DNA of 64,000 nt from Vicugna vicugna. Taxonomy: Eukaryota. The DNA is taken from the NCBI GenBank assembly GCA_013265495.1, contig MU057744.1, positions 1,378,356 through 1,442,355 on the forward strand. The letters are read 5' to 3'. Below are positions 32,251 to 46,300 of the stretch, in pieces (position 1 is the first letter of the stretch; each line of letters begins with the position of its first letter). The position numbers were made by a program, and so were the translations under genes. The notes beneath the pieces are model-generated. The model was not told the DNA's origin. It saw only the letters and a program-made list of their open reading frames with translations, and made no database searches.

Positions 32251-32480
32251 CACCCCAGAACCACATGCTCCTGCACGAACATCAGAGGCTAGTGTTATAA
32301 TGACCCCCCCACCTCCTTCCAGCCCAAGACGTTGGCCTCCATGAGCTCAGCTCCCTTACAGTTCTCGGGGAATCTTCCCCAGACCTTCCCATTTTGGGAA
32401 GAACCTGTTTCCCAGTTCTATTCCAAACCCCAGCTAGTTGGCAAGAGCAGAGCAGTGGATAAACTACTTTACATTAGGGA

Positions 32481-32853
32481 CTATATTCGTTTGCTAGGGC
32501 TGCCATGAAGACACACCGCAGACAGTGTGGCTTAGGCGACAGAAACGCACTTTCCTACAGCTCTGGGGGCTGGAAGTCCAAGATGGAGGTGCCGACAGGG
32601 CTGGCTCCCTCTGCAGCCTCTCTGCTTGGGGGGATGGCCTTTCCTCTGTGCACACGCATGCCCGCATCTCTGTGTGTCCGTGTCCTCTTCTTACGAGGAC
32701 ACAAGTCAGCTGGATTAGGGCCCACCCACATGACCTCATTTAACCTTAATTACCTCTCTGAAACCTCATTCTCTAAATACAGCCAGATTCTGAGGTTCTG
32801 GGAGTTAGAGCTCCAACATACGAATTTTCAGGGCCACAGTTCAGGCCGTAACA
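32481..32853 (-). mobile_element. MaLR solo LTR (MLT1A/B-like)
   Basis: 'gtttgctagggctgccat...ggctggaagtccaagat...ggattagggcccacccacatgacctcatttaaccttaattacctct...acagttcaggccgtaaca'. Confidence 0.88.
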
Positions 32854-33127
32854 AAGAGTTAATGGGAAAGGATCATCCCCTGAAATTCCTTGCATTTGTA
32901 CGGAGGATGCTGGAGCAGGGAAGACTGCAAAGGCAAGGATGACTGGATCGAGGCCGGTAGATTTTAGCGTCTCAGGACCAGCTGGGTGAGGGGGGACTTT
33001 GGCTGGGATCTTCTTGGCACCCTCCGCACACCGACATACAGGCAGCCACCTGCTCTGCCCACGAGCACAGCTGGTGCGGGGCAGACAGACCGCATTTCAT
33101 TTTCTCTCTGGATCCCAAAGGAATAAG

Positions 33128-33168
33128 CCAGTCTCACCTCCTGCCTCCAGTCTCACCTCCTGCCTCCA
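33128..33168. repeat. 19-bp perfect tandem duplication
   Basis: ccagtctcacctcctgcct occurs twice, followed by cca. Confidence 0.9.
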
Positions 33169-35054
33169 AGGAACACCAGTATTTTTTAAATAGTTCCTCA
33201 AATGGCAGCTGTTTCAGTTCTGCCTGGAGGGCTGAGCCACAGGCCTTGCCAGCGGCTGAGCGCTACACACAGAGAGAGGCATCACGTGGCTCCGCGGCAG
33301 CGAGAGCTCCGGAGCCTTCACCGGGCCAGGGCCCGGCCCCCACCGGCCGGGAAGCCGGCGGCCCCAGCTGCCGCCAGGTGCGGAGACAAGTCGCTCCTGG
33401 GTTTATGCGGGGAAGAGAGAGAGAAAGGGGACCCTGGGCTCTCTGTAAGAGGAGCAGGGCTCCTGCCGGTGGGTCATTCAGAGACTCGGTGCCGGAGTGT
33501 GGAGGGTAGAGCTGTTGGCGGCAAACAGCAAGCCGAGCCCGCGGGGAGTGGCTCCCGTCAGGAGGGTGTCGGGAGCTCCGCCTGTGCCCTGAAGACACTG
33601 GGCTCCTTCGCACGGTGTCTGTGACTCACCCTCCTGGGCCTGGAAGGGACGGAAACCTTGCATTATCCCCTCGCTTGTAGAAAATGAGTTGACGTGTGCA
33701 CGTACGCAGGTGTCCCAGCAGCTCTAAGCACATGAATTCAGAGATCTGCTGGCGCTTTGAATAACAAAGTACTTGACAAGTGCAAAGATGACTGTGTCTT
33801 GCAGATCAGAGGGTTCTCCCTACCCCTTGCTCACCTGAGAGGAGCGTCCTTTCGTATCAGTACACACATAAGCCGCGGATTCTGTGCGTTAAAGACAGAT
33901 GGAGTGTTTTGCTCCGACCTCTGCTCTTGGTCACGAGAGGTGATGCTCACCGCACACCCATGCCGTCATAACAGGGCTGCCTTCTTGGTTTCCATACAGC
34001 CCTTGAGCCACCATCCAAAGCCTGTTGTTTGTTTGTTTACGTTCGCAGCATGCCAGCAGCCTGCTAGGTGGCGGCCCAGAATCCATAACCATCTGCAGTC
34101 TTTGCCAGAGGATTCGCCGGCTGAGTTCCCCAGCCAGACGAGACCCGGGGAGGCTTCTCTCCATCTGCCTGCCAGTCAGATCTGGGCCGCAGAATGGTGG
34201 AAGTCAGGAAGGCTGGGCCTCCGACAGTCCGAAGAGGGAAGCAGATTTGGCCCTAGGACAAGATGTTTGTCACTTGCCTGAGAAAATCCCATTGCCGTGT
34301 AGAGCTGCAGCTGTCTGCAACAAAGGAAGCAGATGAAGGGTGTAGTCTTGGGAGTGAAAGAGATCTCCACCTTCAGCAAAGAGGAACAGGAAATAAGAAT
34401 AGATTTAGGAAAGATTCTGAGAGGAAAGAAAGATTCTGCTGCCCAAGTCAGAGAAAGAAAAGGTCTCCTGGTGCTTGGGTTGAAACAGGAGGCGCTGGTG
34501 AGGATGCAGGTGGAAAGGCAGGCGAAGGGATTGATGTCTGGACGGGGGGACAACCCCAGTGTCAAGTGGCTTCAGACGACACAGGGTCACTTCTTACGCA
34601 CAGATCAGCTCTGCCTCTTGTGATCGTCCGGGAACTGGGCTGAAGGAGGCTGTGTCTTGGCTCTGGGGCAAGGAGACCTGGACATCTGTCACGTCACACT
34701 TACCCGAGCCCTGGGTCCTAAAGCTTCCACACAAGTGGACACATACAGCTGTCACGTGCCATTGCCAAGGCAGGCACCTGCTCACACCTAACTTCCGGGG
34801 GCTGGGGGAGCGCAGTCCTGCCGTGCTCAGAGGAGAACCAGAAAATCTGGGGAGTAGCACTGATGACCGCCACACCAGCATCACAGACGGAGGGGAGTCG
34901 GTAGGGAGACACGGGTGACAGTGACACGGGGACGCCGGCGTCCACCCAGGATGGAGTGTACATCTGGCTGGGAAGGAATACGGCCGAGTTCCTGCGTCTG
35001 AAATCTTGAGGTCAGTCTAGCTTTGCTCCTGTAAGCTGTTCCATGGCCACAAGT

Positions 35055-35057
<3 letters not shown>

Positions 35058-35085
<28 letters not shown>
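35058..35085. repeat. (CA)14 microsatellite
   Basis: Directly visible in the sequence. Confidence 0.95.
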
Positions 35086-35109
35086 ACCATGGCTTCTCCT
35101 CAGGTAAGT

Positions 35110-35700
35110 GATGTCTCTTCAAGTATTGCTTTTGTCCCGCCCTCCGTTCCCCGTCTGGGACAGCAATTCAGCTATGTTAGAGCTCTTCACAGTGTCCTGC
35201 CTGCCTTTATTTTATATATTCTCCAACCATTTGTCTCTCTTTCACTCTAGATGCATTTTTTCCAGCCTAGCTTTTAGTTTATAAATTTTCTCTTTCGTTA
35301 TGTCTAATCCAATGTTAAACCCATGCAATATGGTCCTAATTTTTCAGTCACAGTATTAGAATTTCCACTTGGTTCATCTTTATAGTTCTTAACCACGATT
35401 TCCAGTTATTCGTCAGAATTCTTAATCCTGTGTTTTATATACTTAAGCACGTTTATCATGGTTATTTTAGATTTGGTGTCTGCTTTAGATTTGTGGGTCT
35501 GTTTCTCTGGTCTGTTTTCCCCTTTATTTTGTGTCATGTTTTATTATCCTACATGCCTAACTTTATATATACATATTCTTTTTTAATTGAGGTAATGTTG
35601 GTTTATAACATTGTGTAAGTTCCATGTGTTCAACATTATGTTTCTGCCTCTGCTCGCACCAGGGAGCTCGCCACCAAACATTTAGTTCCCACCTGTCACC
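35110..35700 (-). mobile_element. Ancient L1M ORF1-region remnant plus a short L1 3' end (35577-35700)
   Basis: 'tctcttcaagtattgct', 'tatgtctaatccaatgttaaaccca' and 'agaatttccacttggttcatctttatagtt', then 'ttttttaattgaggtaatgttggtttataacattgtgtaagtt'. Confidence 0.6.
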
Positions 35701-38700
35701 AGACAGTGCATTACGCTTTGGTAAGTGCCAGGTATCATTCGTGAGGGTCTGTAGCGGGAATCCGAGCCTTTCATGCTGTCAGGTTCTTCCTGAGAGGGGG
35801 CACTTCTGACTCTGGCAGCCACCCGAGTCACGAGCTCTCGTAATTCCAGAGTGCCTCGATTCGCTCAAGGGTTTAGGTCATTTGAAGCCAAGCTAGACCC
35901 TGTGAGGGCTGGACTCTTGGTTCACAGGTAACATATTGGCCGTTTCCTGGGCCCTCCTCCTCAGTGGTCTCTGAAGCTCACCGTTTCTTGCTGGATGCGT
36001 GAGGCTCTGCGGGGCTTCCAGCCTCTCAGCTTCCACTCCAGAGTTTGCAAATGCCCCTGAGGAACGCTGTCCCTGGGCCAGGCTCATCCCCGTCACCGGC
36101 CTCCTCTCCCTCGCAGACCTGCCGTTCTCGCTGCCTCGGGAGCCCTCTGCTGCCCCCATGCCGGTGCAGTTACACCCTCCTCAGCCTTCCCAGCTGCTCT
36201 CCGGGGGAGAACCACCTCCAGAACAGGGAATTCAGGACTGAGACCTGAGTGGGAAAATGATCCACATCTGGGGAGGAATGTCCATGGCAGGGAAAATGCT
36301 TGCAGGGAAAGGGCTCTGGGGGTGAGGCGCGGGCAGGGAGGAGAGCGAGTGGTGAGGCGGGGGTCACAGGGAGCAGGGCCAGGCCGGGAGGCACTGGCGG
36401 CCGGGGGAGGAATGAGGATTGTTCCCTAAAGAAGACTCAAAGGGAAGGGAACACGCGCTCACTACTTTTTTACTGAACCGGTCGTGGCCTTCCCGGAGCT
36501 TTCCTTGTAGAGGGGCACTTAGATTACGTCCGGCTCATAGGAACGTCAAATAAAGGACCCAGAGGCCCTGCGTGTAGGTCTGCAGACCAGCCAAGCTCCC
36601 TGAGTTCGGGGTGTGTTTACAAACCAGGCCGCTTACCTGCGTCAGGGCGGACTGAGGCACAGAGCGGCTTCCGGAATAAGCCCAGGAGCCGCTGGTCGGC
36701 ACACGGTCGCTGCCGAGACCCTGGGAGGACGGCCAGCAGACGGTGCCTCCCCAGCCTCCTCCTCCCTGCCCCTCCTTCCTCGCCACTGCCTGTTGCTTTC
36801 ACGCCACCCGGCGCCCAGGCCTGCCGGGAAGCCAAGCCGAGTCTCCAGCCGCGGAGCATCATGGCCCGTGCACGGCTGGCTCTCGGCCTGGGAAACTGAC
36901 ACATACATATTGAATCAATGTGTGACTGGACGTCTGTGCAAAGTAATTCATAAAAAGTCACCCAGACTCTGCTCTCTGGAGAGAATGTGCTTGCCCAAAC
37001 GAATTTATTATCCTACCTGTGGTATAGGAGCTGCTTTCGAGCAGGATTTCAAATTGTTATCTTTTTCTCAAGAAACCGTCCAGAGGGTGGAAGGCCTGTT
37101 CTCAGCGCAAAACCCTAAGTTATTTCATCTCCTCTCTTACCGCTTGGAAGTGGCCCAGGGCCTCACAAAGCTCAGGAGACAGAAGTTCCTGCTTTTGGGG
37201 ACAGGCTTTGGTGCGGGAAGGTAGGTTCTAAAACACTCAAAACTGGAAATCATGTCTCCGTGAATGCAGGGGCTCACACGTTGTGTTCAGGTCACAGGAC
37301 GTTGGAATCAGTGAGCCGAAGTCCTGCTTGCAGGTTGAAGACATTATCCAAGACCCATGAGTTTTGGCTTACCCACAGCCCAGGCAGCCTTACTGCCTCT
37401 GGACATGCTGCCAGAGCCGCAGAAGCCATGCCAGGGGCGCCAAACGCCAAGGAAAGCACCGGCGTCCTGGCTCACGGGGCCGGCGGTCTTCTCCAGACAG
37501 CCATGGTGACGGGCCTCAGCCAGGAACGGATAGCCGTGGGAGCATGCCACCAAGAGGCAGCTCTGAAAGTAAGAGGAAAAAAAGAAAAGAAGGAAAATAT
37601 CTTTCTTTTTGATGTTAATTTCTCAAATGGAGTTTCCTAACGCTGGGTCCTCAGGGCACATCCCACCCCTGGTGAGATGGCCTCCGCTTGCAACGCGTCT
37701 TCGGCAGGAAGCGCAGTGCACCCCATCCCGGGGCACAGTGCCTGGTGGGGCCAGCCGGGCGTTCTCACCTCGCCTCCTGCCCGCCGTGCCATTGCTGTGG
37801 CAGGACCCTGCCCAGAGCCCTCCCTCACTCCAGCCCAGAGCGCCTGTGCGGGGACATGTCCTCTTGTTTTGTTGTTTGCTGAGCCAAGCAGCGTCCTGAC
37901 CATGTCATCCCAAATCTTCCAGGAACGCGGCTCAGTCCTGAGCTCTTCGACAGGGGAATCCGGTGGCAGGAATTTTCCAGAACAGGCAGCTCTGGGCTCC
38001 AGAAACGGTGCTGTTTCCCTTCCCCGCAGCTCAGGCAGTTCCCATCCCAGATGGCGGCAGAGTGCAGGGCCCTCCTGGGAGCATTCCTACATCCAATTCT
38101 AGATTCCAGAGTGACAGGTCATTGCAGGAAGCGCCTGCAAACAAGCGTCTTGGTCCCTGAGGACGAGGCTGTGCTGATGCTGGGGGCGTGCCCCCCCCCA
38201 GCAGAGGCGGCCAAGGAATATCCATCTCGTGGGAAAGAAGGGGCCTGTTCCGCAAGGTCAAGGTGCAGGAGCCTGCTGCCAGCACCGGGGCTGACGCGCC
38301 AATTCGCTGATTCATTCAACAGTTTTTGGAGGGGGGCGGGGGGGGGCAGGGGACTGGGAACACAGCTGTGGACGAGCTGCTGTGGCCCCTGCTTTCATGG
38401 AACTTTCATTCCAGAGGGAAAGACGGGCAACAAATAGGAAAACAAACTAAGGACGTTGGGGCCATGCTGTGACGGCGAGGAGCCGGAGCTTCTGGGAGCA
38501 CCGTCCGAGGGGCATCTCCGAGGAGGGGACCCCCAGGACACCAGGGTGGGAGGGAGGGTGGAGCCAGCCAAGCACAGGCTTGGCGACTGGGAAGCGGAGG
38601 GACGCCAGGCACCGTCCAGGCACGGCCATGGTGTCAGTGGCCTGGAGTGCGTCGAGCAGGGGCCGAGGCGCAAGGATGAATGGGGCGCGCGGCAGCCCGG

Positions 38701-38829
38701 CGGGCAGGACTGGACGGCACTGGGGGACTTGGCCCTGGGCACCGGGGGAAGGCAGTGGGGCTTTAGAAGAGGGGGCGGCCACATTTGAGTTGTACTTTGG
38801 AAAGCTGGTTTTGGATCTCATGGAAAGTG

Positions 38830-39330
38830 GAAAACTGAAGCTTTGTGGGCCAGAGTGGTGATGGGAGCTGTTGCATCACTGAGAGATAACAGAGGCCTGG
38901 GCTGCGTGGGGGCCGTGGGGGGTGGGAGTGAGCAGAACCTCGTCATGTTTGGGGTGCAGAATTGGCAGGATGCACAGATGGCGGGATGCTGGAGTGGGCA
39001 GGATGAGAGCAGGGAGGAACCAAGGATGTAACAGGTTCTCGGCTGTAGCCACTAACTAAGCTGAGAGGGGTGTCTTGCTGGGGATGGGGGAGGCAAGGGG
39101 AGCCACAGGTTTTCAGGGTGGGAAGCATTCCATCCAAATGGAGAGGAAGGAAGCTGTTGGAGATAAACGTCTGGCACTTTGAGGAGGCCTGGTCTGGAGA
39201 TAAGAATTTGGGGGTCATCAAGATATGAATGGTACTTAAGGAAAAGGAACAAACTGGACCACCAGGGAGCAGAGAGGGGCTCGAAGGGTGGTGGGGAAGG
39301 AGACGGAGGCTCGGGCCGAGCCCTGGCTGG
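38830..39330 (-). mobile_element. LINE-2 remnant
   Basis: 'gagataacagaggcctggg', 'ggaaccaaggatg' and 'ctggagataagaatttgggggtcatca'. Confidence 0.6.
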
Positions 39331-39379
39331 AGCCCTTCAGAGTGCAGAGTCTTACGGGGAAGAGAAGCCGCACGGGGAC

Positions 39380-39875
39380 TACGTGGGTTCCTACTGCGCT
39401 GTAACAAATTACCACCGGCCTGGTGTTCAGAGTCACACACAGCTATGCTCTGACAGCTCTGGAGGTCAGAAGTCTGCAACCAGTGTCACTGGGCTGAAGC
39501 CACACTGTCAGCTGGCGTGACCTCCCTGGATGGAAGGGCTCTGGGGGGAATCCTTTCCTTGCTTCTCCCAGCACCTCGAGCTGCCCTCCTTGGCCCGTGA
39601 CCTGCTTTTCCATCTTCAGCGCCAGCGGTGCAGCGTCTTGCTCAGCTGTGCCTTTGCCTTGCCCCTCTGTGGTCACATCCCCCGCCACCTGCCTCCCACA
39701 AGGGCTCCCGTGACTGCATTTAGGGCCCACCAGATAACCCAGCGTGACCTCTTCTGTCTCAGGATCCTTAACACAATCACACCTGCCCAAAGTCACTTCT
39801 GCCACATACGGTAGCATATTCAGACTCTGGGGATTGGGACACGGATGCCTTTGGGGGCCATTTTCAGCCTACCAC
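39380..39875 (-). mobile_element. MaLR solo LTR (MLT1D-like)
   Basis: 'ctgtaacaaattaccac...tctggaggtcagaagtctg...ggatccttaacacaatcacacctgc...ggggccattttcagcctaccac'. Confidence 0.88.
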
Positions 39876-40071
39876 TTAACTGTCATGAACAAAGTATGAA
39901 CAAACAAAACAAAACAACACCCCAGGAGAACAGAACATCACAGAAGCCGGAAGGCAGTCTTCCAAGGAGAAAGGAGTCCGGTGAGGTTGGAGCTGCTGTA
40001 ATCCTGAATGAGGTGGAGACAGAAAAGTGTTCAGCTGCTCTCGCATGAACGAGACTGTTGGTGGATTTTTG

Positions 40072-40970
40072 GTAAGCTCCTTGACATTGGTTTTGACAAT
40101 GATTTTTTTGGATTTGACACCAAAGCAAAGGCAACCAAAGCAAGAATAAACAAATGGGACGACATCAAACCAAAAAGGTTCTGCACAGCAAAGGAAGCCA
40201 TCAACAGAAAATGAAAAGGCAGCCTTACTGAATGGAGGAAATATTTGCAAACCACCTATCCAGTAAGAGGTTAACATCCAAAATACACAAGGGATCCTAC
40301 AACTCAAGAGCAAAAACCCAAACGGTCTGATTTAAAGATGGGCAGAAGAACTGAATAGACATTTCCCCAAAGAAGATATCCACGTGGCCAACAGGCACAT
40401 GAAAAGGTGCTCAGCATCCCTAGTCATCAGGGGAATGCAAATCAGGACCACAGTGAGACGCCACCTCACATCTGTTAGAACGGCTGTCATCAGGCACACA
40501 AGAGATGAACGTTGGCGAGGGTGTGGAGGAGAGGGGACCCTTGTGCACTGTGAGTGGGGCTGTGCACTGGTGCATCAACTATGGAAAGCAGTGTGGAGGT
40601 GCCTCAAAAAATTAAGCATAGAACTACCGTACGATCCAGCAATCCCAGTTCCGGTGTGTATCTGAAGGAAGCGAAAACAGTGTCAAGGGGATATCTTCCC
40701 TCCTATGTTTATTGCAGCATTACTCAAAACAGCCAAATTACAGAAACGACCTGTGTCCATCCGCGGATGAGTGGATAAAGAAAGTGCAATATACATTCAC
40801 ACACACACGTGCACACAATGGAATTTTATCCAGCCACGGGGAAGAAGGGAACCCTGCCATCCATGACAGCATGGATGGGCCTTGAGGGCGTTAGGCTGAG
40901 TGAGATAAACCAGACAAAGGAAAGCAGACACTGCGTGGTAACACACATGTAGAATCTAAACAAGAAGTCA
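40072..40970 (+). mobile_element. LINE-1 ORF2 C-terminal region + start of 3'UTR
   Basis: ORFs 40008-40214 (INKWDDIKPKRFCTAKE) and 40384-40665 (MANRHMKRCS...LWKAVWRCLKKLSIELPYDPAIP) are L1 ORF2p remnants. Confidence 0.93.
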
Positions 40971-42399
40971 AACCCACAGTGACCTGGGTAAACAGCAGTT
41001 TCAGTGGAGCAGTGGTGATGCAGCCAGGCTAAACTGAGCTCTTTCTGGTCAGGATAGTGGGATTTCAAGGTTAAACTCCCTCCTCTGCGCCGACTCGCAG
41101 GCACGATGGGCGGAAGAGGCAGGGGACTCCCGTCCTTCTTTGCGGCGCGGCCTCGTCGCCGGGCGGCGGCTGCCCAGCCAGACGGCACCCGCCCTGCCTC
41201 TTGCCTCTCGATGGGGCCACGTGGGGAGGGCTCGCCAACGGACTTGAGTGGGGAGGCCGCGTGCTCTGAACGGGAACCACAAGACAGAGGGAGCTGACGT
41301 CTTCCCCAAGTTACCACGAGGAGATAAATGACCATTCTGGTGAGAAATGCATCTCCGTCGTGCTCAAGCCATGGAGTATTCTCGCGTTTGTTCATTAAGG
41401 TCAGCTAAGACATGACGCATCAAGCGGGGGTAAAACGACAGAAGTGCAGCCCCAGAGGAGACAATAACGCTGCCTCTGTGGGCTTTACGGGGAGACGTAG
41501 TGGGTCTGAGGCCGCAGGCCCAAGGATGCAGGCCCCGAACCCATCGCTTGGCCAGGGCAGCCTCGAGTTCAATTCTTTGCAGAACCAGACGCTGCAATTT
41601 CTCCGGTGTGATCTGTCCTGCATCAAGCTGTGTCCTGGGGAGAACAGAGGGGCCTGGGACAACCAAGGGTGAGCCCCTGGGCCAAGCCTCCAAGCCACCA
41701 AAAGCAAGAGTGCAGCCGCCCTTGTGAGCCTGGCTTTGAGCTGCGGAGGCTGTCGGGCTGGGCGGACGCAGTCAAAAATAAGCAGACACGCGCACTCTCT
41801 CGTTCTACCTCTGCCGTGTGTGTCTGTCGACTCTGCCTTCACCGGTACCTCGGTCTCTCTCTGTAGGGCTCCTTTTTTCCCTGCAACTCTTTGCTTTCTG
41901 TCTCCCACTCTCGCCCCTCCTACTGAAGATGAGGCTGTATATTAAAATTCCAAGGCACAAAAGCAAATGATACAATGGAAAATAGCCAACAAACTGAATA
42001 GGAAAATTAAGCCCCGAAGCATTCCAAGTAATTAAGGAGCGTAAGTATATTGGATTCCTCAGAGCTAAGGAAACAATAGCACCCACAAGACCAGCATAAG
42101 AAATTATGCACCGAAAACCCGGAGCCAGGACGCTGCCTCAGAGTTCCGAGCGCTCTGCCGAGCCTGAGCGCCTTGCGGGCCTGGCCACGTGCCCCTGACT
42201 GCCTGCTTCCGTCGGCCTCTGCTCCTCTACCAGCAGAAGTGAGGGGAGAAACCCAGAGTTCTGCGTGCTTCCAGCAGGACCCCCACCCCCCCACCCGGTG
42301 CGCCCCTCCGACCCACCCGCCTTTCCAGCATTACTGAGGCTCATTACGCCTTTGAACCCTGTCGGCACCAATCCCCACCGTAATCCTGGTCGCACAGGT

Positions 42400-42652
42400 T
42401 CCCTCTCCCCTGACCAGGCCGGCAGTGTCCTCTTTCCCACACCACTCCCCTCATTTATTTCCCCTCCATAGCACGTACCACCGACTGGTGCAATCTATGT
42501 TTTACTTCGTTTCATTTACGTGCTTCACTCGTTGACTCATTCCACTTCAGAGGCATGTAAGCCCGTGCGTCTCATTGCTGCTGAGTCTCCAGAGCTCAGA
42601 ATGGTGCTGGGCACACTGCAGGTGCTTAATAAGTGTTCTTCAATGAGTGAAT
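42400..42652 (+). mobile_element. LINE-2 3' end
   Basis: 'ctgctgagtctccagagctcagaatggtgctgggcacactgcaggtgcttaataagtg...tgagtgaat'. Confidence 0.7.
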
Positions 42653-42659
42653 CAAAAGC

Positions 42660-43350
42660 AGGTGGAGATTTTTAAAAAACCAATTGTGAAGTGTGGAAAG
42701 GAAAAATAGAGTTATTGAAATAAAAATTTAAAAATAGATGGGGTAAATGCAAGACTGGATGAAACAGAAGAGAGAATTTGTGAACTGGAAGATAGTGTGA
42801 AGAAAGTGACCCAGAACATAGCTTATAGATGCAGAGACGTCGACACTATGGAGACAGATTGATGGGCTCCAAGGTACGCCTGGCAGGAGCCGGAGAAACA
42901 GAGAATGGAGGAGAGTCGATGTTCAGAGAGAACTTCCCCAAACCGCAGCAAGACATGAACCCTCAAACGCTCAGCTTGAAAACGCACACTAGGTCTCTAG
43001 CAAGACGTACCAAGCAAACCCGTTCCTAGACACATAATAGCAGACTTGCCAGGCATCAGGGATAAAGACAAAAACCTAAGAAGCTACCAGGGGAAGAGCA
43101 CGGCTGGCTGGCAGCTGACTTCTGTGAGTAACAAAAGGCGCCAGAAGTCAGGGCTCAGGCAAAACCACCCATCAACGTGCTCAGGCAAGGACACCTGCAG
43201 TCTGGACATCTGTGCCCGGTCACAGTCTCACTCAAGGAAGGGGACTGTCACTAAGACACGTCAGACGGACGCGGACTGGGAGTTCACCGCCCACCGACCT
43301 GCGCGGGAAGAGCTGCCGCTGAGTCGGCTTCAGCAGGAAGAGGAGTGAAG
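42660..43350 (+). mobile_element. Ancient L1ME/HAL1-like ORF1 remnant
   Basis: 'agactggatgaaacagaagagagaatttgtgaactggaagatag', 'gagaacttccccaaacc...agacatgaaccctca', 'cctagacacataatag' and 'cagctgacttctg'. Confidence 0.7.
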
Positions 43351-46300
43351 CCGGGCTGGGCCTGGAGCGTGGCCGGCACGGTGAGCGGTGGTGTGAGGAC
43401 GGCGCGCTGGTGCAGCGGACTAGCTGCTGACCTCTCGTGGCAGGAGCAGCTCGCGCTTTGTGTTAAAACAGGAGGGAGGCGGGGAGGCGAGGACGGCAAG
43501 CCAGTCATCCGTAATTTCGTGGAAGAATTCATGCCGTGAGGAACGTCAGAAGTGGGGCCCCAGGAGGGCTGGACGAGGGTCACGTCACATCCCCCTTTTA
43601 GAAAGAATACTTTTGATCAGACCAATATTCGGTGTTACGTTGTTTTGAATACGGATGCTGTCTGGAGGAGAAACACGTAGGAAACACGACTGGTTTCCTT
43701 TTCCTGCGGAACCTTTCCCTGCAGCCAACCGTTGTTCTGAGTGCCTTTTGCTCATGTGCTTACTTTCCCAGTAATCCAGTCTCGTGCTCCATGAAGAGCT
43801 GTCTAAACCTCCTCTTCAAACATGCACCTGCACCAGGCGCTCCATCAACGTGCTCTTCTGGCGAAGCCCCTCCTGCGGGCCCCCCTCGGCCTGTCGTGCT
43901 GGGGTCCCCACTCGCCGTCACTGCGAGGGCCCCGCTGGCCGTCCTCCCCCTGGGTGTCCTGCGTCCTGCGTCCTGTGTTCCGTGTTTGGTTTTCTCCATC
44001 CTCTGTCTGGGGCCACGCTCTTGTTTTCCTCTGTGTTTCTTCTGTTTGGTTTGTCGCCCTGTTTTATTGAACCTATCCTCCTAGAGAAAGGCTGAGTGGG
44101 AGCTGACGATGTTACGGTTGAGTTACTGTGGCGTCATGATGTTTGCACACTTTCAGGGCAAGCCTACCACCCCCAGCCCACGCCTCCTGTTCTTCACATT
44201 ATCATGGCCTTTCCTGGCGCTTCATTTTGCCACGTTTCCATTTGAAGTAACTTTAGATTTACAGGCGAGCTGTGAAGGCAGCAGAGAGAGTTCCTGTGAG
44301 CCCTTTGCCCACTCTCCAGCCCAGCTGCATCTCACATTCGGGTCGTTCAGAGGCATCAGGGAGCTGCTGTGTGATTAGGACTCGGTGACCCAAGAGATGG
44401 TTCAGGGTGAGAACCCCTGCTAGCTGTGGGCCGGGCGATGCAGCTGGATCTCAGAGCTCTACCTGCCTCCTGCCGCCTCTTAGTTTGCAGGAAAGGGCAC
44501 CTCCGTCAGCAGTGTCCGCCCCTGTCTGCCTTGCTCAGGGACCTCGTTGTCAGAACGCTTCCTGCAGCCCCAGGACGTCAAGGTTTCAGAAAAGGAAGAG
44601 CTCCTCCTCGCACACCGTCAGGGTGCTCATAGCTGTAAGGCCATGCAGTTCCACTGTGCGGTTTTCCCTTCTGTGTCCAGTGCCTCCCGAGGCTTCGGGA
44701 CTCCCTCCCTCGCCAGGGCCCGCGTGCTCAGTGACACGCTCTCTGCCATCTGCTGCTGTGGGCGAGAAGGCGGGAGGGCCCAGCAATCAGGAACCGGCCC
44801 GCCGCCTCACCTCGCAGGCTCGGCGGGCCCATCCCTGGCGCCCTGGCGCCCTGGCGAGGCGCATTCACGGCGATGACGGGAGAGGTGCCATTTCGCAGTG
44901 TCGTTCCACCTCTCTCAGCGCAGGTCTGGTGAGTTCTTTGCTTTCCTGGCTTCTGTCAGTCTCACACTTTGAGGGTTCTCTTCTCCTGCGTTCTGGTGCG
45001 GGACGGGGGGGTGACAAATGCTGGGAGAAGGGAACCCTGTGTTCCACAAGTATGGCAGCGTGAAAACGCCCCTCGTCAGGATGAAGTGGTGAGAAAATAC
45101 GCAAAACCTGGGCCGGAATTCCTTTCAGGGGAGGAAACAAAACCGCATGGTCAGCCGCTCGCTCGGCCTGTGAAGTGACAGCTCTCAGGGTGTGGCCCGA
45201 ACAGGCTGAGCGAGACACCTGGAGGTCCCCATGTAAGACTTTCGGAGAGCCGGCGGGAGGTGTCTGAGAAGGAGCTGGAGGAGGCCTGAAGGAAGAGGCC
45301 CAGGACACAGCACGGCGCTGGCGCCCGGGACAGAGGTCGCTCGTGGTGGGGATGAACGCTGAGGAGCTCTGAAGAACGCGGTGTCGACAGTTCCACTCTA
45401 AATTACCTGCTGACCTGGATTACAGCGCAAACCCCTGCCCTGGCCCCCGAATCCTCAACAAAATCTAGTGTGCACAGTTTTCACGTGTAGGTGGAACTTG
45501 CTGCAAATCAAGAAAGGGAGCTGATTTCTCCCTCTGCCTCCTGTGTGACGCTCTCCACATGCGGCCTTCCTGGTCACGAGGAGGAGCTGGGAAGCGGAGG
45601 GGCAGGTGGGTTTGTATCAGGCCCCGCCCTCTCATCCCCTTGTTACGTTTTCCCTCGTTCACTGTAAGAGCTGTGCATTTCTAGAAGGAAAAACACATCA
45701 GCTCAAGGTGCCAGTGCCGTTTACATCCCTTGCTGGGGAAGGATTAAGAGCTCTAACAATGAGCACGAAATTAGTAAGCTTTCTGATCTCCTAGCAGGAC
45801 CTGCCAAAAAGCTCCAGGGAGGAAGAAGGGCTCTGACTTCAGTGGTGATTTTCCCATCAGGAAAAAGCCAGTGAGATACGAGCACTGAGGGGGCAGCTAC
45901 TTGGTTCCAAAGAACTAAGATGGGAAATGGGTTTTGAGCTGAGCGGAATGAGGCTGCCAGCTTAGGTCTCGGCTAAGCTGGCATTTCAAGAAAAACATCT
46001 GGGGAGAGAATCAGCAGCAGAGCCGACGCAGGTGGTGCCAGACGGAGTGGCGCTCCCGGTTCTGCAGGGATCAGACACACCACGAAGGATTAGGCTGTTT
46101 GGCGGTCATCGGACAGTAGATAACAAGAGAGGAGGAGACCACAGAACCGATCTACTGGTGAATTTGCGTGGAATGCATTAGTGCTTGAAGGATCACTGGG
46201 CAGCGGTGTGGGTGGGTGGTGATCCACCGGCAAAGCAGGAAGGGTTTGCACAGACTTTGCATCGCAGCACAAGCACCGAGGCTCCTGGAGCTCTCGCTGG